From: an uncultured delta proteobacterium
GTDB taxonomy: Bacteria; Desulfobacterota; Binatia; UBA9968
DNA length: 64,000 nucleotides
Assembly: GCA_963755715.1 (NCBI GenBank)
Contig: CAVWLW010000032.1
Coordinates: forward strand, 32,001-96,000
Reading direction: 5' to 3'
Shown here: in pieces, positions 40,171-50,701 of the stretch
Layout: the number at the start of each line of letters is the position of its first letter
Numbering within the stretch: position 1 is the first letter of the stretch
Translations under genes and position numbers: made by a program
Notes under the pieces: generated by a model
What the model was told of the DNA's origin: nothing
Database searches by the model: none
What the model saw: only the letters and a program-made list of their open reading frames with translations

Positions 40171-41049
40171 CTAACCTTGCAAATGTTTCTTGAAGAACTC
40201 TAACGTCCGGCCCCACGCATCCTTCGCCGCCTCTGGACGGTAACGGTCCTCCCGCACATCACTGTTAAACGCGTGCGGTGCGTCGGGGTAAATCTTATAG
40301 TCGTACGACTTGCCGTTTTTCTTCATCTCTTCCGCGAGCCTTGGCACTTGCGAAGAAATGGGTTTATCCAGCTCGCCATAGTTGCCCAAGACCGGCGCGG
40401 TAATATTTTTGACTGCATCGAGATCCTTTGGAATCGGCCCGTAGTATATAACCGTCGCCGCCAAATCTTTGCTCTGGGTGGTGAAAAGAAAAGTTTTACC
40501 GCCGCCCCAACAAAATCCGATAACTCCAATTTTGTTGGGCTGGACGAAACTTTGACTCTTGATATAGTTTTGCGCACCCATCAAGTCTTTCATGACGTTG
40601 TCGTCGCTGAGTTGGTTAATCGCTTTCGCGACCTCTTCTCGGCTCGCGAACGAACTAGTGCCGCCCACTCGCGAAACGACGTCCGGCACAATCGCAACGT
40701 AACCCGCTTTAGCCAATCTCCGGCCGACGTCCCGATTATGGTCGTCAAGCGCCCAGTTGTCGCTGACCACGATCACTGCCGGTCGTCTGCCATCTCCCTT
40801 CGGACGGGTAACATAGGCGTTAATTGACGCCCCGTCGTCGGCGGCATATTTAACATCCGTCGATATCAGCGCCGGGTCGTTCGGATCCACTTGATTGGCG
40901 GCATGGACAGCAGTTGGACTCAGCGAATCGAGCAATGACGACGCAACAGCCATACTGCCCGTCCAGAGCATGGCCCGTCGTAGAAACTCTCGACGAGTGA
41001 TCGTTCCCGCTCGATAACTGTCCATCAAATATTTGAGATCTTCTAGCAT
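40171..41049 (-). CDS. Dienelactone hydrolase family protein with Tat-like signal
   Basis: TRREFLRR, GFCWGG and YPDAPHAF. Confidence 0.9.
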   Translation of the reverse strand: MLEDLKYLMDSYRAGTITRREFLRRAMLWTGSMAVASSLLDSLSPTAVHAANQVDPNDPALISTDVKYAADDGASINAYVTRPKGDGRRPAVIVVSDNWALDDHNRDVGRRLAKAGYVAIVPDVVSRVGGTSSFASREEVAKAINQLSDDNVMKDLMGAQNYIKSQSFVQPNKIGVIGFCWGGGKTFLFTTQSKDLAATVIYYGPIPKDLDAVKNITAPVLGNYGELDKPISSQVPRLAEEMKKNGKSYDYKIYPDAPHAFNSDVREDRYRPEAAKDAWGRTLEFFKKHLQG

Positions 41050-41075
41050 GTATTCCTCCTTGTGTTTTTTGCCTG

Positions 41076-41744
41076 CTATTTGATCATATCGATTTTGGTC
41101 AACGTCACTTGCTGCCCTACGCCGGGAGCATTGCCCAGATGATAAGCGGTATACTGCTCAAAATAAGTATTTTCAGACGACATCCCGTCTACAGGGATAA
41201 TAACTTGCAACCCCCGGAACGCAGCCTGACTGGCTGTATTGAGCACGGCACCGTGGGCAGCGGTTCCTACCACTACCACCGTCTTGATTCCCTTATCGTT
41301 TAGGATCTTTTCCAGATCGGTCTTAAAAAACTTATCGGCCGCCGATTTCACTATAGGTTCCCCCTCAAGCGGAGCCACGTCTTTGAGTATATCAGCCGGA
41401 GTGGCTGCCGTCGTGATGCTATGGACGACCAATACGCCTTTGTCTCTGGCGAGTTTCAACAAGGCTTGAACGTGAGGAACCGAAGTCAGACAACGCGGCC
41501 GCCTCTCGGTATTACAAGTCTGTTTTACAAAATCGAGAACCAGCAGGGCCGTCGTCTTAGGATCGAGCGTTACAGTCTTCAATTCGGGAGGTTTTGGCGC
41601 CTGCACTTTGGACCAATCATCGACAATCGTTTGCGCAGATGCTGGAATGGCGCCTTGATAGAAAAAAAAACCAACCACTATTGTAAGCGCATAAAAAACC
41701 GAGGTGAGAATTGAATGGCTTTTCCGAAAAGATATTTTTGCCAT
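41076..41744 (-). CDS. Secreted isochorismatase/cysteine-hydrolase family protein
   Basis: LDPKTTALLVLDF, DKFFKTDLEKIL...GIKTVVVVG and a signal-peptide-like N-terminus. Confidence 0.85.
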   Translation of the reverse strand: MAKISFRKSHSILTSVFYALTIVVGFFFYQGAIPASAQTIVDDWSKVQAPKPPELKTVTLDPKTTALLVLDFVKQTCNTERRPRCLTSVPHVQALLKLARDKGVLVVHSITTAATPADILKDVAPLEGEPIVKSAADKFFKTDLEKILNDKGIKTVVVVGTAAHGAVLNTASQAAFRGLQVIIPVDGMSSENTYFEQYTAYHLGNAPGVGQQVTLTKIDMIK

Positions 41745-41921
41745 AGGCTCCTCCAAATCAATAAATTATCGCCTGAGAAGCTGCGCAACTTATAACACCT
41801 CCCCCAGGCCCTCGCAAAAGTTCTCGTAAGGCAGTTAAACAATCCTCCGCTAAAAGCCGAGGAATTTAAACGTGGTCGGTTGGCAATCGACTATCTTGCT
41901 ATTTCGTTACTCCCGCCTTTT

Positions 41922-42044
41922 CGTCACCCCGGTGAAAACCAGGGTCCAGCCCATCCCCTAAGCCTGGGTACCGTTTCCCAATGGTATGAGGGACCCTCTC
42001 CGTCACTGAGCTGGCCAGAGTTTATCCGAGCGCCCTCGAAGGGG
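41922..42044. repeat. Degenerate REP-like repeats
   Basis: cgtcaccccggtgaaaaccagggtccag resembles 3761-3788, followed by decayed arms. Confidence 0.45.
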
Positions 42045-42175
42045 CTGCCATAAGCATAGCGTAATTTGCCCTCGACCCAAGTACGCCCTGATCTTTGTTT
42101 TAAAGCTTTTGATTCGTGCATAACGTTCAAGCCGTTAAAAAAAATCCAACGGCGCATTTATCGCCGCGACTTTAC

Positions 42176-43246
42176 TCAGCGTCCGAGAAAAATTTGACCG
42201 AATTCCTTGCCGCTCTGATCGAGAATCGGCCCGATAAAGTCCACGTCGATCAGGAGATATTCCTTTTCAGCCAACTCGGCGAATCTTTGCTTGACGCCCT
42301 TGCGAGCGACGACGCGACCGAAGGTCGTGATCATGCTTTGGCCTTCTTCGGAAAGTGCCCAATCGACAAACAGCGCGGCGGCGTAAGGATGGGGCGCGTG
42401 GCGCGCCAGCATGAGTTTGTTCGCCTGAGCAAAATAAGGATCGAGGATCATTTGATCGATCGGTGCGCCGCGAGCTTTCAAGTCCAGGACGGTGTGGCCT
42501 GAAAGCGCAATCGCTAAGGGCCTTTCGCCAGCAGCGATTAACTGGCTTTGCGCAGTACGGCCGCGGACCAGCCGCAAATCCTGTTTGGCGAGATTCCGCA
42601 TGTACTGAAGTCCTTTATCTCGCCCCATCTGTTTAAGTAGCACCGCGAACCACTCGTAGGATTCGTCGTCGAGAAACATGTTGCTTTTCCACTTTGGCTG
42701 TAACAGATCGTCGTAGGTTTTCGGTGCGTCCGGGCGTTTGACGAGATTAGTATTGTAGCCGAGCACGATTGGAATCACGTACAGGGATGTAAAGTAGCCG
42801 TCCTTGTCCTTATTCGGGGTATTGAAGAACTGGCGCTGCGGCGATTGATAGGGATCGATGGCGCCGATTTTCTTGAGCGCCGATGCCTGCTCGGCAGAAC
42901 CGTTGGTTACGTCGAACAAGTGATTTCCCGCATTCATCTCCGTTTGAATCTTAATCACCTGGCGGTTACCAGAGACGCGGTAGGGATTTACCTTTATGAA
43001 CGGATAACGCTTTTGAAAGACGCGGATGAACGGGTCGATCTGCTGGGCTTGGAGAGAACTATAAAACGCTACTTCGCCTTCGGCTCGAGCCTTCTCGACT
43101 AGAGTTTTCTGCCGTTGTTCCGGCGCCAGATTGTTTAGCTTGGCCAGAACTTGACCAGCGGTTTCGGGTGGGGTGCCTGCAAACGTTGCGTTTGCTGCAA
43201 AAATTACCAGCAATAGGATAACAGCGCGGAAATTCCACCGCTTCAT
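42176..43246 (-). CDS. Extracellular solute-binding protein (Fe3+/thiamine ABC family)
   Basis: KARAEGEVAFYSS, GYNTNLV....PKTYDDLL.PKWK and APHPYAAALFVDW.LS.EGQ. Confidence 0.85.
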   Translation of the reverse strand: MKRWNFRAVILLLVIFAANATFAGTPPETAGQVLAKLNNLAPEQRQKTLVEKARAEGEVAFYSSLQAQQIDPFIRVFQKRYPFIKVNPYRVSGNRQVIKIQTEMNAGNHLFDVTNGSAEQASALKKIGAIDPYQSPQRQFFNTPNKDKDGYFTSLYVIPIVLGYNTNLVKRPDAPKTYDDLLQPKWKSNMFLDDESYEWFAVLLKQMGRDKGLQYMRNLAKQDLRLVRGRTAQSQLIAAGERPLAIALSGHTVLDLKARGAPIDQMILDPYFAQANKLMLARHAPHPYAAALFVDWALSEEGQSMITTFGRVVARKGVKQRFAELAEKEYLLIDVDFIGPILDQSGKEFGQIFLGR

Positions 43247-43433
43247 TCGTCAAGCCTCGCTTAGAACGAATCGTGGTCTTCGGTTACCCGAATGACAGCG
43301 CGCTGTCAAGCAAGCTAAATATTTCACGCGCGCGAGCGGTCGTTTGTTGACAGCTATTTTGGTATTCGATAGCGTCGCGTCACAATGCGTGGATAGCTTG
43401 CCACTTCCGCGTTAACTGATATTGGAGGTGCCA

Positions 43434-44288
43434 GTGGAAGATCTCAAGCCGATTAAAAGCGGGAAAGTCAAAGTCGACGACGTCAATCTTTATTACGAAT
43501 TATACGGCGAGGGCGATCCGCTGGTGCTTGTCGCCGGCACCGGTATCAGTCTCGCGCCTTGGCGCGTCTCTCAGGTGCCGGAGTTCGCCAAACACTATCA
43601 GGTTTTGATCTACGATCATCGCGGTTTGGGCCGGAGCGACAAGCCGGACATGCATTATACGACTCGGCTGTTTGCCAAGGACTGCGTCGGTCTAATGGAC
43701 GCGCTCGGCATCAAAAAGGCCCATATGATGGGACATTCGATGGGCGCGCGCGTGTGCCAATGGATCGCATTGGATTACCCGGATAAGGTGCGTAGCCTGG
43801 TTCTTTCGGGGCCGGGCTCGGGAAAATATAGCGAGGAGCTCGAAGATTATCCGCGCGGCGTGCCGATGGACGCGGCTTTGGAAATGATCGAGAAGGGCTA
43901 CGAAAAATATCAGAGCGATCACTGGGGCCCCGGTTTCATGTTCAGCGACAGTTTCGTCAAGGAGCACCCGGAGATCGTAAAAAAATATCAGGAGCTGATC
44001 GTCGACGAAGTGCCGCCGTTAAAATGTTATCTGCGCCACGTGGTGGCGCGCCAATGCCACGAAACGACTCATTTAATTCACAAAATCAAAGCGCCGACCT
44101 TGGTCATCGTCGGCAGCAAGGACATTCACGAGGGCGGCACCGGGAGCCACGTCGAGTCGGCTAAGGTGCTGGCGGAAAAAATGCCCAATGCAGAGCTTGT
44201 GCTCATCGAGGGCGGCAGGCATGGTTATCTGCGCGAGATGCCGGACAAAGGCCATCCGCCGATCCTCGATTTTCTTAGACGTCATTGA
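43434..44288 (+). CDS. Alpha/beta hydrolase
   Basis: YDHRGLGRS, GHSMG nucleophile elbow and PTLVIVG. Confidence 0.9.
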   Translation: MEDLKPIKSGKVKVDDVNLYYELYGEGDPLVLVAGTGISLAPWRVSQVPEFAKHYQVLIYDHRGLGRSDKPDMHYTTRLFAKDCVGLMDALGIKKAHMMGHSMGARVCQWIALDYPDKVRSLVLSGPGSGKYSEELEDYPRGVPMDAALEMIEKGYEKYQSDHWGPGFMFSDSFVKEHPEIVKKYQELIVDEVPPLKCYLRHVVARQCHETTHLIHKIKAPTLVIVGSKDIHEGGTGSHVESAKVLAEKMPNAELVLIEGGRHGYLREMPDKGHPPILDFLRRH

Positions 44289-44296
44289 CGCGAGAG

Positions 44297-45832
44297 ATGC
44301 CCATGTTCATCAAGCGAGATCTGTCGATCAGCCGGCGTGAATTTGCTCGCGCCGTGGTCGGCGCTGCGGCCGGTATCGCGGGGAGCAGCAAGCTGGGCTG
44401 GGCGGCGGCGCCACGCGACCGCATTGTCGTGGCGATGAGCGTCGGCATCGATAGCGTCAACCCTTATGCTCACAGCGATTCGCCTCTCTACGGCTTATGG
44501 GGCCATATCATGGAATCGCTGGTGGACACGGATTACGAGCGCAAGAATTTTTCGCCCGAGCTGGCGACGGCTTGGAGCCCCAAAGGCAATGAATGGACTT
44601 TCCAACTGCGCAAGGGCGTGACGTTTCACGACGGCTCGCCGTTTACGGCCAAGGATGTGGCCTATTCCTACGAGCGTTTGGTTAAAGACAAACAGAGTCT
44701 CCAGGCGCCAAATCTGAGCGATATTAAAGAAGTCAAAGCGCCGGATGATTACACTTTGGTCATCGTCACGCAGCGCCCTAAAGTTGCGCTGCTCGGCTTG
44801 CTCTACAATCGCGTGATCCTGAGCCAAAAGGCGGCCGAGCGTTTAGGCGAGAAGCTCGACGATCAGGCGATCGGCACGGGTCCTTACCGTTTTGCCGGAT
44901 GGCAGCGCGGCGCGCATTTCACCATGCGCCGGAACGATAAATATTGGGGCGCGCCGCCAAGCGTTCGTGAAATCGTCTGGCGGCCGGTCAAGGAAGACGC
45001 TGCCAGAATCGCGGCGATCGAATCGGGACAGGCGGATATCATCAATCAAGTGCCGGTTCACGAAATCGACCGGCTTAAACGCAATCCGCGAGTGCGTGTC
45101 GAGATGCTGCGCGGCTTGAGAGTGCTTTATATTGGTTTGAACCCGGCGCACAAACCGTTCGACAACAAGCTGGTCCGCCAAGCTTTCAATTACGCGGTCG
45201 ACCAGGAAGCGATTATCAAGCATGTGCACGAAAATCAGGTTTATGGCCTCAAAGGGTTATTGGGCCCGCAGATGCTCGGTTACGACGATCAACTGGAAAA
45301 TTATCCGTACGATCCCGAGAAGGCAAAAAAACTGCTAGCCGAGGCTGGCTATCCGAACGGCCTCACCGTGGATTTCAACACTCATGCCGGCCGTTATCAG
45401 AAAGACCGTGAAACCGCCCAAGCGATCGCCAGCCAAATGGCCAAGGCGGGTATCAAGACCGATATCAAGGCGCCGGAATACGCGATCTACGAAGAAGAAT
45501 TCAACAACGGCAAGTACGGCATGTACATGTTCGGCCGGGGCTCGATTACGGATCCGGAAGCTTTCTACATCCGTTATTTTCGCTCGGGGCGGGGCAAGCG
45601 GCTGTCGTATAAGAATCCTGACTTCGACCGGATTTTCGACCAGCAGAGCGAGACTTTCGATTCGGCCAAGCGGGAGGAAATGCTGCGCCAATTGGGCAAG
45701 ATCTTGCACGAGGATTGCCCGGTCATTCCGCTTTACAACACGGCCGATGTCTATGCGGTGCGCCGAGAAGTCATCTGGAAGCCGCGGCCCGATGAGAAAA
45801 TTCCCGTCATCAATGCCCGGTTCCAAAGCTAG
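44297..45832 (+). CDS. ABC substrate-binding protein family 5 (Dpp/Opp-like), Tat signal
   Basis: SRREF, LRKGVTFHDGSPFTAKDV, GTGPY and PFDNKLVRQA. Confidence 0.9.
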   Translation: MPMFIKRDLSISRREFARAVVGAAAGIAGSSKLGWAAAPRDRIVVAMSVGIDSVNPYAHSDSPLYGLWGHIMESLVDTDYERKNFSPELATAWSPKGNEWTFQLRKGVTFHDGSPFTAKDVAYSYERLVKDKQSLQAPNLSDIKEVKAPDDYTLVIVTQRPKVALLGLLYNRVILSQKAAERLGEKLDDQAIGTGPYRFAGWQRGAHFTMRRNDKYWGAPPSVREIVWRPVKEDAARIAAIESGQADIINQVPVHEIDRLKRNPRVRVEMLRGLRVLYIGLNPAHKPFDNKLVRQAFNYAVDQEAIIKHVHENQVYGLKGLLGPQMLGYDDQLENYPYDPEKAKKLLAEAGYPNGLTVDFNTHAGRYQKDRETAQAIASQMAKAGIKTDIKAPEYAIYEEEFNNGKYGMYMFGRGSITDPEAFYIRYFRSGRGKRLSYKNPDFDRIFDQQSETFDSAKREEMLRQLGKILHEDCPVIPLYNTADVYAVRREVIWKPRPDEKIPVINARFQS

Positions 45833-45847
45833 CACTTGGGGGAAAGA

Positions 45848-47134
45848 GTGGACAAGAAAGAAATCATCGACAAGCAGAAGAAATATCTTTTTAGCTGCGT
45901 CGCGACTTACTATGACGAGCCGCTGGTCGTCGATCATGCCAAAGATCAATATGTCTATGACGCCGACGGCAAGGAATTCTTGGACTTTTTCGGCGGCATC
46001 CTGACCGTCAGCGTCGGCCATTGCAACGAGAAAGTAACTAAGGCGATCGACGAGCAGACCCACAAAGTGCAGCACATGTCGACGCTCTACGCCAACGAGC
46101 CGCAGGTGCTTCTGGCGGAGAAGCTGGCGCAGATCACACCGGGACGGCTGGAAAAATCTTTTTTCACCAACAGCGGCACAGAGGCCAACGAGACGGCGGT
46201 CTTACTGGCACAGATTCACACCCAGTGCCAGGACGTCATCACGCTGCGCCACAGCTACAGCGGCCGTTCTTATCTCGCGTTGAGCCTCTCGGCGCAGTCG
46301 AGCTGGCGGCTGATGCCCAACGTCGTGCCCGGCGTGCATCACATCGCCAACGCTTACTGCTATCGCTGCCCCTTCGGCTTGACTTATCCCAGTTGCGATT
46401 TGAAGTGCGCTAAAGACGCCGAAGAAGCGATTCAAACCATGACTTCGCAGGGACGAGTCGCTGCGTTTCTCGCCGAGCCGATTCAAGGCGTCGGCGGATT
46501 CATCGTGCCGCCCAAAGAATATTTCAAAGAGATCGTCGGCATCATTCGAAAATACGGCGGCCTGTTCATCTGCGACGAAGTGCAGACCGGCTGGGGCCGC
46601 ACCGGCGGCAAGATGTTCGGTATCGAACACTGGGGCGTCGATCCCGACATCATGACTTTCGCCAAAGGCATGGCCAATGGCGTGCCCATCGGCGCGACCA
46701 TCGCCACGCCGGAGGTCGCCGACAGCATGAAGGGCAACACGATTTCGACTTTCGGCGGCAATCCGGTCACTTGCACCGCGGCGCATGCGACGATCCAAGT
46801 GATCGAAGAGGAAAATCTCGTCGAAAACGCGCGCGTGCTCGGCAACCGTTTGCGCGACGGCTTAAACGCGTTGAAAGACAAATATCCGATCATCGGCGAC
46901 GTGCGCGGCATGGGGCTGATGCAGGGCATGGAGTTGGTCGGCGAGCAAAAGAAACCCGACATTGAAAACACCAAACGAGTGATGGAATTGACCAAGAAGC
47001 ATGGACTGTTGGTCGGCAAGGGCGGCACTTACGGCAATGTTTTGCGCGTCGCGCCGCCGCTCAACACGAACAAGGATCAGATCGACCAGGCGCTGAAAGT
47101 TTTGGATCAGTCTTTCGGTCAGTTAGGTCAATGA
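45848..47134 (+). CDS. Class III PLP aminotransferase (AGXT2-like)
   Basis: NSGTEANE, AEPIQGVGG, DEVQTGWGRTG, FAKGMANG and STFGGNP. Confidence 0.92.
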   Translation: MDKKEIIDKQKKYLFSCVATYYDEPLVVDHAKDQYVYDADGKEFLDFFGGILTVSVGHCNEKVTKAIDEQTHKVQHMSTLYANEPQVLLAEKLAQITPGRLEKSFFTNSGTEANETAVLLAQIHTQCQDVITLRHSYSGRSYLALSLSAQSSWRLMPNVVPGVHHIANAYCYRCPFGLTYPSCDLKCAKDAEEAIQTMTSQGRVAAFLAEPIQGVGGFIVPPKEYFKEIVGIIRKYGGLFICDEVQTGWGRTGGKMFGIEHWGVDPDIMTFAKGMANGVPIGATIATPEVADSMKGNTISTFGGNPVTCTAAHATIQVIEEENLVENARVLGNRLRDGLNALKDKYPIIGDVRGMGLMQGMELVGEQKKPDIENTKRVMELTKKHGLLVGKGGTYGNVLRVAPPLNTNKDQIDQALKVLDQSFGQLGQ

Positions 47135-47206
47135 AGACGCTGCTCGGTCTCCGGTTATCATTAAAGTCATGATTGCAGCATTGCTCCTGATTAAACTGCC
47201 AACCGC

Positions 47207-48205
47207 ATGAACAAGCTTAGTCGCAGGATCATTGGCGCGATTCCGGTCCTCCTGGGTATCTCTTTTCTCATTTTCCTACTGATGCATATCGCGCCGGGCG
47301 ATCCGGTGAGTCTCTTGCTCGGCGACGACGCCACGCCTGCGGATATCGAGCGGACGCGCCACGAATGGGGCTTGGATCGACCGCTGATCGTGCAGTATTG
47401 GGACTTTCTCACTCGGGCGGTGACCGGCGACTTCGGCAAGTCGCTCAAGTTCAACGAGCCGGTGACAAAATTGGTCAGCGAGCGCTTGCCGGCGACGCTT
47501 GAACTGGCGTTTGCCGCCTTGTGCGTCGCGATCCTGATCGCGGTGCCGCTCGGCGTTTATTCGGCGATCCGGCACAATTCGCTGCTCGATCACGCCGGCA
47601 TGAGCGTCGCGCTCATCGGCGTCTCCTTGCCCAATTTTTGGCTCGGTATCATGTTGATATATTTTCTCGGCGGCCAGCTGAATTGGCTGCCGGTCGCCGG
47701 CCGCATCGAATACGGCATTGAAGTCAGATCCATCACCGGGCTCTATTTACTCGACAGTGTGCTGACCGGTAATTACGCCGCCTTTTGGAGTGCGTTGCAG
47801 CACTTGTTGATGCCGGCTTTCACCCTGGGATCGGCGCTGGCGGCGATCGTGACGCGCATCTCGCGCTCGAGCGTGCTCGAAGTCATGCGCCAGGATTACG
47901 TAACGACGGCGCGGGCCAAGGGCTTGAGCGAGTCGACGGTAATCTGGCGCCACATTCTGCGTAACGCGCTGATCACGATCGTGACGATCCTCGGTCTTCA
48001 GTTGGGCGCATTGCTGAGCGGCTCGGTGATCACCGAAACGGTCTTTTCCTTTCCAGGCATCGGCGACCTGTTGATCCAGTCGATCTCGGCGCGGGACTAT
48101 AAGCTCACCCAGGTATTGATTCTCATGTTTGCCGTCACCTATTTCGTCGTCAATCTATTGGTCGATCTGCTCTACAGTTGGATCGACCCGAGGATCAGGT
48201 TTTAA
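47207..48205 (+). CDS. Dipeptide/oligopeptide ABC permease (DppB-like)
   Basis: PGDP, RLPATLELA, QDYVTTARAKGL and ETVFSFPGIG. Confidence 0.92.
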   Translation: MNKLSRRIIGAIPVLLGISFLIFLLMHIAPGDPVSLLLGDDATPADIERTRHEWGLDRPLIVQYWDFLTRAVTGDFGKSLKFNEPVTKLVSERLPATLELAFAALCVAILIAVPLGVYSAIRHNSLLDHAGMSVALIGVSLPNFWLGIMLIYFLGGQLNWLPVAGRIEYGIEVRSITGLYLLDSVLTGNYAAFWSALQHLLMPAFTLGSALAAIVTRISRSSVLEVMRQDYVTTARAKGLSESTVIWRHILRNALITIVTILGLQLGALLSGSVITETVFSFPGIGDLLIQSISARDYKLTQVLILMFAVTYFVVNLLVDLLYSWIDPRIRF

Positions 48206-49044
48206 TGTTTTCGCTGCGCTATTTAAAAATCTGGGTGGGCGGCGCAATCTTGCTGTTGCTCTGCGTGTGCGGTCTGGCGGCGCCGTTGTTGGCGCCGCGC
48301 GATCCGCAGGCGCAGACCTTGGAGGATCGCCTGCGGCCGCCGCGCTGGACCGAAAACGGTTCGTCCGCCTACCTGCTTGGCACGGATAATCTCGGCCGAG
48401 ATATGCTCAGTCGGATTATTTACGGCTCGCGGATTTCCCTGATGGTCGGCGCCGCCACCGTGATCTTCGCCGGCTTTGTCGGCTGCACGCTCGGCGCAGT
48501 CGCGGGCTATTTCGGCCACACGACCGATGAAGTGGTCAGCAAAGTCTCGGAAATATTTCTTGCCTTTCCATTTTTGTTGATCGCGATCGCGATCATGGCA
48601 TTCCTCGGCCAAGGAGTCGGCAATTTGATCATGGCGCTGATGCTCAGCCGATGGGTGCAATACTGCCGCGTCGTGCGCGGCGAGGTGTTGTCAATCCGAG
48701 AGCGGGATTTCGTCACCGCCGCCAAAGCGTTGGGCGCCAAAGACTGGTATGTGCTCTTCCGCCACGTGGTGCCGAATACGCTGGCCAGCGTGACGGTGAT
48801 CGCGACCTTCGGCATGGCGATCGTTATCATCACCGAAGCGAGCCTGAGCTTTCTCGGGCTCGGCGTGCCGGTCCATATCCCGACTTGGGGGTCGATGCTG
48901 AGCGAGGGGCGAAGCTACATCAACCGCGCGCCGTGGCTCACAATATTTCCAGGGCTGGCGATTTTTATCACCGTATTCGGCATCAACCTATTGGGCGACG
49001 GCCTGCGCGATATTCTCGATCCGAAGTTGCGCCGGCAGAGGTAG
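48205..49044 (+). CDS. Dipeptide/oligopeptide ABC permease (DppC-like)
   Basis: LLGTDNLGRD, EASLSFLGLG..PTWGSML and GDGLRDILDP. Confidence 0.92.
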   Translation: MFSLRYLKIWVGGAILLLLCVCGLAAPLLAPRDPQAQTLEDRLRPPRWTENGSSAYLLGTDNLGRDMLSRIIYGSRISLMVGAATVIFAGFVGCTLGAVAGYFGHTTDEVVSKVSEIFLAFPFLLIAIAIMAFLGQGVGNLIMALMLSRWVQYCRVVRGEVLSIRERDFVTAAKALGAKDWYVLFRHVVPNTLASVTVIATFGMAIVIITEASLSFLGLGVPVHIPTWGSMLSEGRSYINRAPWLTIFPGLAIFITVFGINLLGDGLRDILDPKLRRQR

Positions 49045-49107
49045 TTGGACAACGGAGCGGATGCGGAGCGGAGAAATTCGATTGGATATTCGATATAGGA
49101 GATTTCT

Positions 49108-50640
49108 ATGGCAAAGAAGGTATTCAGTCGTAGACAATTTTTGATGCAGACGGCGGCCTTGGGTGTCGGCGCGGCCACGGCGCCGTTTTTTTTGCGCAAC
49201 GGCTACGCCGCTTCGCGCGATCGGGTGACGATTTATCACAGCAGCGTCGCCGACTCGATTCATCCTTACAATCACAGCTCGAGCCCGATTTACGGCGACT
49301 GGCAGCACGTCATGGAGCCGCTCATCGAGCTCGACTACAACAAAAAAGATTATGTCGGCGTGCTCGCCGACTCGTGGCAATTCCAGGGTAACAAATGGCT
49401 CTTCAAGCTCAAAAAGGGCATCAAGTTTCACAATGGCGCGCAGTTGACGTCGAAGGACGTGGCATTTTCGATCGAGAAAATGCGCGATGAAAAAGGCGGC
49501 AGCTTGCAGGCGCCGAATTTCAAAGACGTCACCGAAGTTCAAACGCCCGACGACCTGACCGTGATCTTCGTCACCAAACAACCGCTGGCGATTTTTCTGG
49601 ATCGTTTGGAGAACCGATTTATTTTAAGCAAAGTCGCCGGCGATAAATTCGGCGACAAGCTTTATGACAACCCGATCGGCACCGGCCCTTACAAATTCGT
49701 CAGCTATCAGCGCGGCGGCAACATGGTTTTCACGCGCAACGAGGAATATTGGGGCGGCAAAGCGGCGATCAAAGAAGTGATCTTTCGCAAAGTCACTGAA
49801 GACGCCGCTCGCTTGGCGGCGCTCGAGTCCGGTCAGGCGGATTTCATCAACAACGTGCCCGATCACGAGGTCGCGCGCTTGCAAAAGCACCCGCGGGTGA
49901 GAATCGACAAGGTGGAAGGGCTGCGGATGTTTTTTCTCGCCTTCAACATGGCATTCAAGCCCTGGGACAACAAACTCGTGCGCCAGGCGGCGAATTATTC
50001 TGTCGATGCGCCGGCGATTGTGAAAAACATTTTTGACGGCATCGGCTATCCCTGTAATGGTCCGGTGGGCGCCAACGTGATCGGCGCCGATCCTAAGCTC
50101 AAGCGCTATCCCTACGATCCACAGAAGGCGAAGCAACTGCTGACTCAGGCCGGCTTTCCCAACGGTTGCGACATCCAGCTCTATTATTCCGCCGGGCGCT
50201 ACCCCAAAGACAAAGAAGTCTGTCAGGTCGTCGCGGCGCAGATGGTGAAAGGCGGATTTCGCGTCGAACTGATTTCTCAGGAGTGGGCGTTATTCTGGGA
50301 CAAGCAGGGAGTCAACGGCGGCAAGCTGCCGTTCTATTACATCGGGCGCGGCTCCCTCACCGACGCCGACACGCTCTATGATCAATATTTTCGCACCGGC
50401 ACAACCAAACGCACGAATTATAGCAATCCGGAGCTCGACAAGGTCATAGAGGAGCAACAAAAAACCGCGGATCAGAAAAAGCGCGTCGCCTTGTTGCAGC
50501 AAGCCGGCAAAACGATCATGGAGGAAGCGACTTTCATCCCGCTTTACAATCTCGCCGACATCTACGGCGTGGCGCGAAACCTGATCTGGCAGACGCGGCC
50601 GGATGAAAAAGTTTTGGGTTGGGACATGAAAATAAAGTAA
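49108..50640 (+). CDS. ABC substrate-binding protein family 5, Tat signal
   Basis: SRRQFL, KFHNG, PIGTGPYKF and VRQAANY. Confidence 0.9.
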   Translation: MAKKVFSRRQFLMQTAALGVGAATAPFFLRNGYAASRDRVTIYHSSVADSIHPYNHSSSPIYGDWQHVMEPLIELDYNKKDYVGVLADSWQFQGNKWLFKLKKGIKFHNGAQLTSKDVAFSIEKMRDEKGGSLQAPNFKDVTEVQTPDDLTVIFVTKQPLAIFLDRLENRFILSKVAGDKFGDKLYDNPIGTGPYKFVSYQRGGNMVFTRNEEYWGGKAAIKEVIFRKVTEDAARLAALESGQADFINNVPDHEVARLQKHPRVRIDKVEGLRMFFLAFNMAFKPWDNKLVRQAANYSVDAPAIVKNIFDGIGYPCNGPVGANVIGADPKLKRYPYDPQKAKQLLTQAGFPNGCDIQLYYSAGRYPKDKEVCQVVAAQMVKGGFRVELISQEWALFWDKQGVNGGKLPFYYIGRGSLTDADTLYDQYFRTGTTKRTNYSNPELDKVIEEQQKTADQKKRVALLQQAGKTIMEEATFIPLYNLADIYGVARNLIWQTRPDEKVLGWDMKIK

Positions 50641-50701
50641 GTCATCGATGGCCGCTTAGGCGCAGAAAACTTTTTTTGCGAATCTCGAAGGCTCGGGAGG
50701 C

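Noticed and set aside
41922-42110. Structured ncRNA or riboswitch
   Set aside because: It resembles decayed copies of the REP-like family at 3761, and I recognise no RNA family motif. An Rfam scan would settle it.
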